A DNA stretch of 63,520 nucleotides, counting the filler. It is 5 parts of 5 records of this genome, joined end to end, with 100 filler letters (N's around TTAATTAATTAA, not from the genome) between each part and the next. Parts side by side here need not be neighbours in the genome. Positions count along the whole stretch, not along the records: positions 48,442 to 58,174 come from SRR31156797_12748; 4 more parts are not named here. One strand, given 5' to 3'. Under the pieces are notes generated by a model, which was not told the origin of the DNA, did no database searches, and saw only the letters and a program-made list of their open reading frames with translations. Made by a program: the position numbers and the translations under genes. Numbering within the stretch: the stretch's first letter is position 1; each line of letters opens with the position of its first letter. This document shows, piece after piece, positions 48,442 to 58,274 of this stretch.

Positions 48442-49515
48442 ATTTTATCCTCCATTATGGGTTATACCGAACTGGCCCTTGATGATCTGGAAGACAAATC
48501 TCTTTTAGGGAAACATTTAGAGAAAATCTATGCCGGCGGTAAGCGGGCCGGGGAACTGGTAAACCAGATCCTTACCTTTTCCCGTTCCTCCGACGATCGG
48601 AAGAAACCGGTCCAGGTGAGCGCGATTTTAAAGGAAACCTTGAAATTACTGCGATCCGCCATCCCCATGGACGTTGAAATCGTACATCATATGGAGAGCG
48701 ATTCGTGGATTATGGGCAGCCCCACCAAAATTCATCAGGTGGTCATGAACCTATGCACCAACGCCGCCCAGGCCATGGGTAAGGACGGGGGCGTTCTGGA
48801 AATCACTTTGCGGGAGATGAATGTCGATGATGAATTCGGCGCAGCCATTGAAGCGCTTATCCCGGGAACTTACCTGGAACTCAGGGTGACGGATACGGGC
48901 ACCGGTATTTCACCGGAAATAAGGGACAAAATTTTCGAGCCCTATTTCACCACCAAAGCGCCCGGTAGGGGAACCGGTTTCGGTCTTGCCGTCACCCATG
49001 GTATTGTGAAGAATATGGGTGGGGCCATACGTGTGGAAAGCGTGTTGGGGAAGGGGTCGGATTTTTCGATTTACTTACCGGTGAGCAAGGCAAATGGTGT
49101 TGCGGAGAAGCGCGAAATCGATGATATTCCGAAAGGTACGGAAAGAATCCTGTTGGTGGACGATGAGCCGACCATTACGGAAATGACCGGGCAGATACTG
49201 GAGAAGCTGGGATACCGGGTTGATATGATGAACGACAGCCTGAATGCCCTTGCGCTTTTCAGGGAAACCCCCCGGGTTTTCGACCTGGTCATTACGGATA
49301 TGACCATGCCCCATATGAATGGGGATCAACTATCCAGGGAAATTCTAAAAATCAATCCCCATACTCCCGTTATCCTTGTAACCGGTTACAGCAGCAGGAT
49401 TTCCCGGGAAAAAGCCATTCGGATCGGCATCAGGGCTTTTGCTCAGAAACCCCTGTTAAAGGCCGACCTGGGAAAAATGGTCAGGGCGGTTCTGGACCAA
49501 CGCAATCCCCCCTGA
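48442..49515 (+). CDS. Hybrid sensor histidine kinase/receiver, 5'-truncated
   Basis: QVVMNLCTNA, DTGTGI, FEPYFTTK, GTGFGL; receiver motifs ILLVDDE and DLVITDMTMP. Confidence 0.92.
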   Translation: MLSSIMGYTELALDDLEDKSLLGKHLEKIYAGGKRAGELVNQILTFSRSSDDRKKPVQVSAILKETLKLLRSAIPMDVEIVHHMESDSWIMGSPTKIHQVVMNLCTNAAQAMGKDGGVLEITLREMNVDDEFGAAIEALIPGTYLELRVTDTGTGISPEIRDKIFEPYFTTKAPGRGTGFGLAVTHGIVKNMGGAIRVESVLGKGSDFSIYLPVSKANGVAEKREIDDIPKGTERILLVDDEPTITEMTGQILEKLGYRVDMMNDSLNALALFRETPRVFDLVITDMTMPHMNGDQLSREILKINPHTPVILVTGYSSRISREKAIRIGIRAFAQKPLLKADLGKMVRAVLDQRNPP

Positions 49516-49621
49516 GATTTTCCCCGCACCATCATGGACGGGAAGGTTTTTACGCTTCACCTTTCCCCTGAAATAATCGGATTATTGATGGCAGGTCGCC
49601 TTTTACTTTGTATTTCCGCCT

Positions 49622-51022
49622 TTATTTCAGATCCTTGAAAAGTTGCTCCACCCGGATCAGGGTATCCTCCTTTGACCCGTTGTTTTCAATGACCCAGTCG
49701 GCGAACCCGGTCTTTTCTTTCACCGGCAACTGGCTGGCGATGATGCGCGAGGCTTCCTCATCGTCGATATCATCCCGGGCCATGAGCCTAATTTTCTGGG
49801 TCTCCGGGCTTACGGATACCACTATGATTTTCTCAAAGAGATACATGAGATTCAATTCCACCAGCAGGGGGATATCCACTATGACAACGGAAGCCGGGTC
49901 TTCTTTGCCGTATACCGCAAGCTGCCTGAAAAACTCCTCATAGATTCTGGGGTGGGTAAATTCCTCCAGTTTCTTTCTTTTTTCCATGTCCTTGAATACG
50001 ATATCCGAGATCTTTTTCCGGTCCAGGGTTCCGTCTTCCTGGCATACCTGGGTGCCGAAATATTTAATCACATCATTGTAGGCGGGTTTCCCCGGTTCCA
50101 CCACCTGCCGGGCGATGAGGTCAAAATCGATCAATTTGGCACCCAACTCAGCCAGTTTGGCGGATACGGTGCTCTTCCCGCTGGCAATGACACCGGTGAG
50201 TCCGGCCACCACGCCTTGGGGAACGGCACCCCGCACCTTTTCGATCCGCTCCTCAAGGGTGGTATAGGCCACCGGCAGGGCCGTTTTCAGGTCCCCTTCG
50301 GCCCCCGCATAGCTGATGGGATAGCGGACCCCTTTCCGGTAAAGGATCTCCAGGCCCCGCAAAGCCTTTTCCATGTGTCCCGCCGGAAGGGCCATGGCCA
50401 GTTCGTCGTCCTGGGCGTGCCCGTACCGCCGTTCCCCGTAACAGGGGATGGACAGCGACGGTTTTCCGTTCAGGTAGCAGCGGGCAATGGCGTCGGAACA
50501 GGAGGATTCCCCCACGCAGTGAAACTGCATCACTTCGTAGTCCTCAAACTGCAGTGCATTGATCAAAAGGATCATCTGGGCCGGATTGCCGTAAATAAGC
50601 ACAATGTCCGGCTCAAAGGGGTCGTACACCAGGGGCGCCATGGCCACGGCTTCATATTGTCCGGTTTTGATCCTGGGGATGGCCCCTTCGTAGCGCTTGC
50701 CGTCTTCTTTGGTCTGAACCCACACAATGGACCTGAAAGTTCCGTCCGTGTAACAGGACGGCAGTTCGTTGAGACCCAGAATGGAGGAACAGGTGGAAAG
50801 TGCAAAATCCTCCAGGTCCGCCCCCACGGTCCAGTCGCAGTTTCGCACCAGGTTGATGATCTGGCACATGGTGGCCTTAGTCCCAGGCCGCCTCAAAAAA
50901 GGGATCTCCTGCAAATCCTCTTTTTTTTCCAGCATCTTCATGGCCACCGGAAAGGATCTGAGCCTCAGTAGAATTTCCATTCGGCGCACCAGTTTTTCCC
51001 ATTTACCCTTTTCTTTATTCAT
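49622..51022 (-). CDS. coaE: Fusion of an N-terminal DUF169 domain and a C-terminal dephospho-CoA kinase
   Basis: DUF169: MCQ...VR, ESSCSD, SIPCYGERRY...DDEL. CoaE: GLTGVIASGKST, LDRKK, THPRI, DIPLL, SQ...ADWVIENNG. Confidence 0.85.
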   Translation of the reverse strand: MNKEKGKWEKLVRRMEILLRLRSFPVAMKMLEKKEDLQEIPFLRRPGTKATMCQIINLVRNCDWTVGADLEDFALSTCSSILGLNELPSCYTDGTFRSIVWVQTKEDGKRYEGAIPRIKTGQYEAVAMAPLVYDPFEPDIVLIYGNPAQMILLINALQFEDYEVMQFHCVGESSCSDAIARCYLNGKPSLSIPCYGERRYGHAQDDELAMALPAGHMEKALRGLEILYRKGVRYPISYAGAEGDLKTALPVAYTTLEERIEKVRGAVPQGVVAGLTGVIASGKSTVSAKLAELGAKLIDFDLIARQVVEPGKPAYNDVIKYFGTQVCQEDGTLDRKKISDIVFKDMEKRKKLEEFTHPRIYEEFFRQLAVYGKEDPASVVIVDIPLLVELNLMYLFEKIIVVSVSPETQKIRLMARDDIDDEEASRIIASQLPVKEKTGFADWVIENNGSKEDTLIRVEQLFKDLK

Positions 51023-51024
51023 TT

Positions 51025-52158
51025 TCACATCTCCTTATGTATTTTCCTATAATCCACGGGAACCGCGTCTCCGGCCCTGAGGGCCGATATGAGTTCTTCT
51101 TCATTATGAATGATCTTGCTGAACCGGGTGGCATAAAACCCCACTTCTTCCTTAAGATGGGCGTCGCTCCCGCCGGTGGTCGGCAGTTTCAGGGCATGCG
51201 CCACCTGACCGCAAAAGCTGTTTTCATTTACCGTTACCTTGCTGTTCAGGGTCTCCACACCGTCCACCAGTGCGAACATGGGGCGGGCCGCCGCCCTCTC
51301 CACATCCAGGCCCAGCTTATCGCCGCTCACCGCCAGAAAGCCTCGAAAGGGATGGGCTGCGATCATGAAACCATTAACCTCTGCTACTTTTTCGGCAAGA
51401 TCCTTGAGCGCGATGATCCCCTGGATATCCTCATCAAGGCCAAAAACCAACATGTCTCCCTGTACGGTCGTGATCTCGTTGCCTTTCAAAACCAGGAAGT
51501 TATGTTTTTCCTTCAACCTCTCAATGTCTTTTGCACTCCATTGATAGTTGTGATCCGTCAGGCAGATGCCGTCAAGCCCGATCCCCTTGGCTTCCGAAAT
51601 GATATCGTCCACCGAAGATGAGGCGCAGGGGGAAGCGGGGGATGTATGCACATGAAGATCAAGGGTGAACCCGTCCGGTGCATCTTCCAGTTGTTCAAAG
51701 GGGATCCGGGCATTCTTTTTAATCCGTCTGGGAGCTACGCTTACCGTTTCAGAGCCTTTGGATGACGTCATGGATGGTTTCGATCCATTTTGCGGCACTT
51801 CTTCCGGATTTTCACGCATCTGTTTTGTTTTGATAATCGCATCCGAACATTCCAATATGAGATTGGCAAAATGCCGGCAGGCCGCACGGCCTACAAGTTT
51901 ATGAACGCTCTGGCTGAAGCCTTCGTCCGTCAGACAGAGTCCCACAGCCTTCTGCAGGGGGTTAACAGCCCGGGGGCAGTCTGGAGTGGTGTAGCGGTTC
52001 CAATGGCCTTTGAGCCATTGGATGGTCATATCGACACCATTTACTTGAAACGTTGTCTCCAAGCTGTAGATATGGTCGTCTAAAAAACCATAGGCCACAT
52101 ATATATCTTCCGCTGGTGTTTCAATGCTTACCAGCTTGTTTCGCATGTATGTTAGCAT
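51025..52158 (-). CDS. Fusion of a DUF2889-like domain and a PHP metallophosphoesterase
   Basis: PDCP...GRAACRHFANL; PHP motifs DLHVHT, TDHN, GNEI, AHPFR and GGSDAH; RBS GGAGG. Confidence 0.8.
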   Translation of the reverse strand: MLTYMRNKLVSIETPAEDIYVAYGFLDDHIYSLETTFQVNGVDMTIQWLKGHWNRYTTPDCPRAVNPLQKAVGLCLTDEGFSQSVHKLVGRAACRHFANLILECSDAIIKTKQMRENPEEVPQNGSKPSMTSSKGSETVSVAPRRIKKNARIPFEQLEDAPDGFTLDLHVHTSPASPCASSSVDDIISEAKGIGLDGICLTDHNYQWSAKDIERLKEKHNFLVLKGNEITTVQGDMLVFGLDEDIQGIIALKDLAEKVAEVNGFMIAAHPFRGFLAVSGDKLGLDVERAAARPMFALVDGVETLNSKVTVNENSFCGQVAHALKLPTTGGSDAHLKEEVGFYATRFSKIIHNEEELISALRAGDAVPVDYRKIHKEM

Positions 52159-52184
52159 TTGATCTGACCTCCATATTTTCGATC

Positions 52185-52679
52185 TCAGGAAATATCGACA
52201 CCGTCCAATAGGGTGCTTCCGTCTGCAAAAGCGGCGCATCGGTTGTGGAGCCGGATATTTTTTTGAACCATTTTCGAAAAAAAGTCCCGGCTGTCCGCGG
52301 GTTCAAGGGGCGCTTTTTTGAGCGCCCTCTTGGTCAGACTCAAAATGGCGCCATGGCAACATTCCTCGGCCATAAAGGCCAATTCAACGCAGGCCGGTTC
52401 ATCCCCCATAAGTCCCTCGATAATTTTGAGCATGCCCGGACCAATCCGTACGCCCAAAAGATTTTGAAGTCTTTCTTCCGCGTTCGCCATGCCCTTTACG
52501 AGACAATGATCAAATCGGCTTTCAGCGGACGTGATTTCAAGATCGGGAAGGGTGGCCTGAATCCGGACCCGCCCGTCCAATAGATTGTCCGTCACTCGGC
52601 AGGTGCAGGTTAAGATGCCATCCGCAGATTCTTCAGCCGTTGTGCACCGGCTTCGTGAAAATGAAATTAGATGAGCCAT
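52185..52679 (-). CDS. DUF2889-like protein
   Basis: L.G.RIGPG...G.EPACVEL...C pattern and late NRC; RBS GGAGG. Confidence 0.65.
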   Translation of the reverse strand: MAHLISFSRSRCTTAEESADGILTCTCRVTDNLLDGRVRIQATLPDLEITSAESRFDHCLVKGMANAEERLQNLLGVRIGPGMLKIIEGLMGDEPACVELAFMAEECCHGAILSLTKRALKKAPLEPADSRDFFSKMVQKNIRLHNRCAAFADGSTLLDGVDIS

Positions 52680-52817
52680 GAATTTCCTCCATATGATGAT
52701 TGCTGAACGATTTATATTCTCAGTTGCACTTCAGCATTTTTGCCACAGGGCCCCAGGGGCACAGAGGTTTCTTTGCGCCTCTGTGGCCGTTTTGTCAATC
52801 GTAAATTCATTTTTTTC

Positions 52818-52867
52818 TTGACAAAGGCTAATTCGATCTAGTAGTCCTACTGTACAAATGTCAGACA
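52818..52867 (+). promoter_or_regulatory. -35 TTGACA with candidate FadR-type operators
   Basis: TTGACA at 52818-52823; palindromes AGTAGTCCTACT (52840-52851) and TGTCAGACA (52859-52867). Confidence 0.45.
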
Positions 52868-52918
52868 ATAAGATCAATAGAAAAATTATTTATCTTTCCA
52901 TCCCATAAAACAAGCGCC

Positions 52919-53671
52919 ATGAAAAAAAAGGATTTTCCCATGAATACGCCTCAGAAATCACTTTTTTCACCCCTTAAGAAACAAAGGTCTTTTGAGGAAA
53001 TATCCAATAGTATCAAAGAATTAATATTGGATGATGTGCTAAAAATCGGCGACCGGCTCCCCTCTGAAAAAGAGTTGGCCCAACAGTTTCAAGTGGGGCG
53101 TCAAACCATCAGGGAAGCGCTTAGACTTCTGGAGCTATCGGGGTTTGTCACCATACAAAGAGGCCCTGGCGGCGGTCCAGTGATAAAAGATACCATTTTG
53201 AGGCGTATCGGTGACCTTTTTACCGGCGCCTTTCGCATGCACAAGGTCACCATTGGGGAACTGACCCGGGCGCGCCTTGAAATCGAACGGGTGATTTTAA
53301 AATTCGTTTTCGAAAACGCCGACAAAGAGGATCTCAAAGCCCTTCGGGAGAATGTGGCAGCAGCGGAAAAACGCATTGCCGACGGCCTCATGGGCACGGA
53401 TTACAATGCCGACTTCCATACCCTTCTGGCCAAAGCCACCAAGAATGAAGTTTTCGTCATTGTCATGGAATCCATTATGGCGGTCCACCTGGATCTTCTG
53501 AGCCGAACCGGAGCGGATCTGGAAACTTCCAGGGAGGTGGTTCGCGGGCACGGCCGGTTGTTGGAAGCCATTGAAGCGGGGGACCGGGATGAAGCCTATG
53601 GTCTGCTGGATCACCATGTGGTGGAGGTCAAGGACCGGCTCAATGCCATATCCGAAAACCATAACCGTTAA
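52919..53671 (+). CDS. GntR/FadR-family regulator
   Basis: GDRLPSEKELAQQFQVGRQTIREAL; FCD domain with FH..LA.AT.N. Confidence 0.93.
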   Translation: MKKKDFPMNTPQKSLFSPLKKQRSFEEISNSIKELILDDVLKIGDRLPSEKELAQQFQVGRQTIREALRLLELSGFVTIQRGPGGGPVIKDTILRRIGDLFTGAFRMHKVTIGELTRARLEIERVILKFVFENADKEDLKALRENVAAAEKRIADGLMGTDYNADFHTLLAKATKNEVFVIVMESIMAVHLDLLSRTGADLETSREVVRGHGRLLEAIEAGDRDEAYGLLDHHVVEVKDRLNAISENHNR

Positions 53672-53788
53672 GGGGCCGGCAGCCTTTCCAATACCGATTT
53701 CGACCTGCTGCCAGTTGCGCTGATGCTTTCAATAGGGGGTTTCCCCGTTTTTTAACCTTAAACGTCAATTTTTTCAGGAGGTGTTCAA

Positions 53789-54865
53789 ATGAAAGGCAAG
53801 CGACTGGTGATGACGGTATTTCTGGCAACTCTGGCCATGTGGATTTCGGGATTCGTTCTGACCGCCGCAGCCGCGGACAAACCCCTTGTTCTGAGGTACG
53901 CGGCCCAGGGGGCTGCCAAGGGGATTCGCGCCGAGGCGGTGAAATGGTGGGCATCGGAGATTGAAAAACGCACGGAAGGCCAGGTAAAATTCAGATTTTT
54001 CTGGTCCGGTGCGCTTCTCAAACCGGGAGACGCCATGGAGGGGATCGGCGCGGGCACGGCGGACTGCGGCGGGGCCTGGGGGATCTATCATCCCGCCAAA
54101 ACACCCCTCTGGACGGTGGCGGATCCGCCTTTTTCCCATGACAACGCCTATGTGGGCCTCAAAGCCATGCAGGAAATGTTTAAAACCTACCAGCCCCTCA
54201 TCAATGAAATAAAACGGTACAATGTGAAAGTCCTGGTTCCCTTTGTGACGGGCATGACCCAACTGGGCACCACCAAAAAGCCCGTCCACGTGCCTGCGGA
54301 TGTTAACGGCATGAAGATCAGGTTTGCGGGCGGCCAGTGGGCCAAGTTCTGGAAATCCTGTGATGCCGTTCCCATAAAATTGACGCAAGGGGAAGTGTAC
54401 GAGGCCCTCATGCGGGGCACCGCCGACGCCACCCAGTCCTATTTCTTCATCCTGGAAGCCTACAAGCATTGGGATGTCATCAAGTACTACTCGGTGATCA
54501 ACGCCGGGGAACTGTGCAGCTACGGCCTTGCCATCAATCTCGACCGGTGGAACGCCCTGTCCCCCGAGGTTCAGAAAATCTTTGAGGAGGTGGGGAACGG
54601 ATTTGTGGAAAAATACGCCGAAGGGTTGATCGGGTCGCGAAAGACGGTCATCCCCAAGGCTGAAAAGAAGGGGATGGAATTCATTTCCCTGACCGATGGG
54701 GAAAGGGCCAAATGGCTTGAAAAGGCCAAACCTTTCATGGAGGCATGGGTAAAAGCCATGGATAAAAAGGGCCTTCCGGGGAAGGAAACCCAGGACACCT
54801 TTTTGAAACTGGTGGATAAATACAATAAAGAGGTGGCGTCGGACGGGTACCCCTGGGAAAAATAG
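53789..54865 (+). CDS. dctP: TRAP transporter substrate-binding protein
   Basis: Signal peptide; GMKIR and GEVYEALMRGTAD motifs. Confidence 0.9.
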   Translation: MKGKRLVMTVFLATLAMWISGFVLTAAAADKPLVLRYAAQGAAKGIRAEAVKWWASEIEKRTEGQVKFRFFWSGALLKPGDAMEGIGAGTADCGGAWGIYHPAKTPLWTVADPPFSHDNAYVGLKAMQEMFKTYQPLINEIKRYNVKVLVPFVTGMTQLGTTKKPVHVPADVNGMKIRFAGGQWAKFWKSCDAVPIKLTQGEVYEALMRGTADATQSYFFILEAYKHWDVIKYYSVINAGELCSYGLAINLDRWNALSPEVQKIFEEVGNGFVEKYAEGLIGSRKTVIPKAEKKGMEFISLTDGERAKWLEKAKPFMEAWVKAMDKKGLPGKETQDTFLKLVDKYNKEVASDGYPWEK

Positions 54866-54900
54866 TTCATATTCAATCGAAGGCCGGTCGGGAGGCAGCC

Positions 54901-55419
54901 ATGACATCTCAAAACGGAGTAAGTGGAGTAGGGCGACTATTCGACCGTTTCACCGGCATCCTAACGGGTATTGCGGTGGGACTTCTGGTGCCCATGATGT
55001 TTCTGGTCACCGGAGACGTGATCGGGCGGTATGTTTTCAACAGCCCCATTCCGGCGGTTTTTGAGATCAACAGCCATTTCCTCATGGTCATGGTGGTGTT
55101 TTTCCCGCTGGCCTATGTGCATCATAAGAAAGAACATGTCTTCGTAACCCTCTTTACGGATCGCTTTCCCCCAAGGGGAAAGGCGTTCCTCCAAGGGATT
55201 TCGGCTGTCTTGGGCTTTGCGGCATACGCCCTCATGGGATGGTATGGGTTGCAGAAAGCCGTTTTGTCCACCCGGCTTCTGGAATACATTCCGGGAATCG
55301 TTGATGTTCCCGTATGGCTCAGCAAATGGATCATTCCCATGGGGTGTCTGGCATTCTGTATTGAACTGGCCAGGGATGCCTTTAACCAATTTAAAACCGT
55401 ATTCGGGGTTTCCGACTGA
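54901..55419 (+). CDS. dctQ: TRAP transporter small permease
   Basis: DVIGRYVFNSPI and EHVFVTLF motifs; four TM segments. Confidence 0.88.
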   Translation: MTSQNGVSGVGRLFDRFTGILTGIAVGLLVPMMFLVTGDVIGRYVFNSPIPAVFEINSHFLMVMVVFFPLAYVHHKKEHVFVTLFTDRFPPRGKAFLQGISAVLGFAAYALMGWYGLQKAVLSTRLLEYIPGIVDVPVWLSKWIIPMGCLAFCIELARDAFNQFKTVFGVSD

Positions 55420-55431
55420 GGAGGGGCTGCC

Positions 55432-56748
55432 ATGGAAGGTTGGGTTATCGGACTGATCGGAATCGGGATCCTTTTGACGCTCATCGCCATGCGCATCCAC
55501 GTGGCGTTTGCCCTCGCCATAGTGGGCATGGGCGGATATTTTGCCATTATGGGATGGCGGGCCACCGAAGGGTTGCTGGGGCTTACGCCCTACAGCTTTA
55601 TCGCCAGCTTTGTTCTCACCACCATCCCCCTGTTTCTCCTCATGGGATACATGACCTTCCATGCGGGGTTGACCACCGATATTTACCGTACGGCCAGGCT
55701 TTGGCTGAGTCGTGTGCCCGGAGGGCTTGCCATTGCATCCGTTGCCGGGTGCGCGGCCTTTGCGGCGGCCAGCGGCTCTTCCCTGGCCACCGCCGCCATG
55801 ATGGGGAAAGCGGCCATTCCGGAAATGATGCGGCACAAATACAATGCGGGTCTTGCAACGGGAGCGGTGGCCGCGGCCGGCACCATCGGAAGTCTTATTC
55901 CTCCCAGCATCCTTTTGATCCTCTACGGCGCCATGACGGAGACCTCCATCGGACAGCTGCTCATTGCGGGCTTTATCCCCGGGATACTCTCCGCCTTCAT
56001 CTATATGTTCATGATCTGGGCAAGGGCGATTCACAACCCGAACCTTTGCCCCCCGGTGTCCGAGCCCGTCCATTGGGGCGAGCGGTTTAAATCCCTTAAA
56101 GGAACCTGGGGCATTCTGGCCCTCTTCATCCTGGTCATCGGCGGCATCTATCTGGGGCTCTTCACCCCCACCGAGGCCGGCGGCGTGGGGGCTTTCGGGG
56201 CGCTTATGTTCGCCCTCATCGTGGGAAAGCTGACCTGGAACACCTTTAAGTCCTCCCTCAGCGACACGGTGCGAAGCACATCCCAGATTTTCGCCATTGC
56301 CCTGGGCGCCGTCATTTTCACCAAATTCATGGCGGTCAGCGATTTGCCCAACGTGATCTGCGAGTTTATTCTGGCGCTTAGAGTCAACCCCTACATTATT
56401 TTGGCCGGCATGTCCCTCATGTATGTTTTCCTGGGCATGTTCCTGGACACCATCGGTGTCATGCTGCTGACGCTCCCCATCGTGTTTCCGGTCATCGAAA
56501 CCTTGGGGTTCAGCCCGGTGTGGTTCGGCATCATCATCATCAAATACCTGGAAATCGGCCTCATCACGCCGCCGGTAGGGCTCAACGTGTATGTGATCAA
56601 GGGGGTGGTGGGGGATAAGATCCCCCTGGAACAGATCTTTAAGGGAACCGCCTGGTTTCTGGCCATGGACATCCTGACCCTGATCTTCCTCATCGCCTTT
56701 CCCCGGATCACCCTTTTTTTGCCGGAAACCATGATGGGAACGAATTAG
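55432..56748 (+). CDS. dctM: TRAP transporter large permease
   Basis: IPLFLLMG, SGSSLA, LIPPS, FTPTEAG and TPPVGLN motifs. Confidence 0.93.
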   Translation: MEGWVIGLIGIGILLTLIAMRIHVAFALAIVGMGGYFAIMGWRATEGLLGLTPYSFIASFVLTTIPLFLLMGYMTFHAGLTTDIYRTARLWLSRVPGGLAIASVAGCAAFAAASGSSLATAAMMGKAAIPEMMRHKYNAGLATGAVAAAGTIGSLIPPSILLILYGAMTETSIGQLLIAGFIPGILSAFIYMFMIWARAIHNPNLCPPVSEPVHWGERFKSLKGTWGILALFILVIGGIYLGLFTPTEAGGVGAFGALMFALIVGKLTWNTFKSSLSDTVRSTSQIFAIALGAVIFTKFMAVSDLPNVICEFILALRVNPYIILAGMSLMYVFLGMFLDTIGVMLLTLPIVFPVIETLGFSPVWFGIIIIKYLEIGLITPPVGLNVYVIKGVVGDKIPLEQIFKGTAWFLAMDILTLIFLIAFPRITLFLPETMMGTN

Positions 56749-56757
56749 GAGAAAAAC

Positions 56758-58017
56758 ATGGACCCACAACAAAATGGACTTCTGAAAGGATACCGGATTC
56801 TGGATCTGTGCGATGAAAAGGGTCTCATGGCCGGGAAACTTCTGGGGGACATGGGGGCGGAAATCATCAAGGTGGAACCTCCCCATGGGGATCCTTCGCG
56901 GCGTATGGGACCCTTTCTGGACAACGAACCGGATCCTGAAAAAAGCCTGTTTTTTTTCGCCTACAACACCAGCAAGAAGGGGATTACCCTGGATATTGAA
57001 AAGCCGGAAGGGCATGCTCTCCTGAAACGGCTTGTCTCCAAATGCGACGTGTTGCTGGAATCCTTCGCGCCGGGGCATCTGGACCGGTTGGGATTGGGGT
57101 ATGACGACCTGGTCAAGGAAAATCCCCGTCTCATCATGACCTCCATCACCCCTTTCGGTCCGGAAGGCCCCTACCATGAATATGCGGCTTCCGATCTGGT
57201 TCTGTGGGCACTTTCGGGGCTTCTTTTCATCTGCGGCGATCCCGACCGCCCGCCCATCCGGATCAGCCTTTCCCAGGCCTGGCTCCACGCGGGAACGGAC
57301 GGGGCCGCCGGTACGGCCATGGCCCTGTTTCACCGGGGCAATACGGGGATCGGTCAGAGGGTGGCGGTCTCCGCATTAAAGGCCATGGAACGGGTGGCCT
57401 ATACGGCCCATACCCTTTGGGATGCACGGGGCAAGATCCTCAGGCGCCCGGGAAGCGGGTTGCGGATTCCACCCCTCGGGACCACCACGCCGCTCATATG
57501 GCCGTGCAAAGACGGATTTGTCGCCTTTTATCTTTTCGGAGGTCAGATGGGGGCGGTCAGCAATCCGGCGCTGACCCGATGGATGGAAAAAGAAGGCCTT
57601 GCCACAGTTAAAATGAAAAAAATGAACTGGGCTGAATTTGACATCGGCCGCACGGCCCAGGATGAGATTGATGGGGAGATCGTGAACCCCATTCGCGCAT
57701 TCTTTTTGCGCCACACGCAAAGGGAGTTGTGGAATGAAGGGGTCAAACGGCGGGTCATGGTCTACCCCGTCAATGATGCGGAAGGGGTTCTGGCGGACGG
57801 ACAGCTTCAAGAGCGTGAGTTCTGGGTGCGCATGGAACATCCCCCCCTGGGCAAACCGTTTACCTATCCGGGAGCCTTTATGAAAACGGAAAATAATCTT
57901 TGCGGACCCCGATCTCCGGCACCCAACATCGGCGAGCATAACCAAGCGGTTTATGGCGAAATGCTGGAAATCGACACGCCGGAACTCAACCGGTTAATGG
58001 AAAAAGGAATTATTTAA
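56758..58017 (+). CDS. CaiB/BaiF family III CoA transferase
   Basis: LLGDMGAEIIKVEPP.GD, NTSKKGITLD and APNIGEHN motifs. Confidence 0.9.
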   Translation: MDPQQNGLLKGYRILDLCDEKGLMAGKLLGDMGAEIIKVEPPHGDPSRRMGPFLDNEPDPEKSLFFFAYNTSKKGITLDIEKPEGHALLKRLVSKCDVLLESFAPGHLDRLGLGYDDLVKENPRLIMTSITPFGPEGPYHEYAASDLVLWALSGLLFICGDPDRPPIRISLSQAWLHAGTDGAAGTAMALFHRGNTGIGQRVAVSALKAMERVAYTAHTLWDARGKILRRPGSGLRIPPLGTTTPLIWPCKDGFVAFYLFGGQMGAVSNPALTRWMEKEGLATVKMKKMNWAEFDIGRTAQDEIDGEIVNPIRAFFLRHTQRELWNEGVKRRVMVYPVNDAEGVLADGQLQEREFWVRMEHPPLGKPFTYPGAFMKTENNLCGPRSPAPNIGEHNQAVYGEMLEIDTPELNRLMEKGII

Positions 58018-58032
58018 AGGGCGACTTACGCA

Positions 58033-58174
58033 ATGGAATCCCTGATTTTTGAAGGCATTCGCATTATCGAGTTTGGATGGGCCGTGGTGGGTCCGTTGAC
58101 CACCAGCTGGGCCGGAGGGTACGGGGCCCAGGTGATCAAGGTGGAAACCAAAACCCGCCCCGACATCATCCGAT
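58033..58174 (+). CDS. Second family III CoA transferase, 3'-truncated (possible heterodimer partner)
   Basis: FEGIRIIEFGWAVVGP...GAQVIKVE. Confidence 0.8.
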
Positions 58175-58274
58175 NNNNNNNNNNNNNNNNNNNNNNNNNN
58201 NNNNNNNNNNNNNNNNNNTTAATTAATTAANNNNNNNNNNNNNNNNNNNNNNNNNNNNNNNNNNNNNNNNNNNN
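58175..58274. other. Artificial contig spacer
   Basis: N44-TTAATTAATTAA-N44 with a GC jump across it. Confidence 0.97.

Noticed and set aside
54961-57333. 790-aa minus-strand ORF and other long antisense ORFs (e.g. 53774-54907, 49952-50971, 59145-60203)
   Set aside because: Shadow frames opposite well-supported genes in GC-rich DNA, with no motifs.
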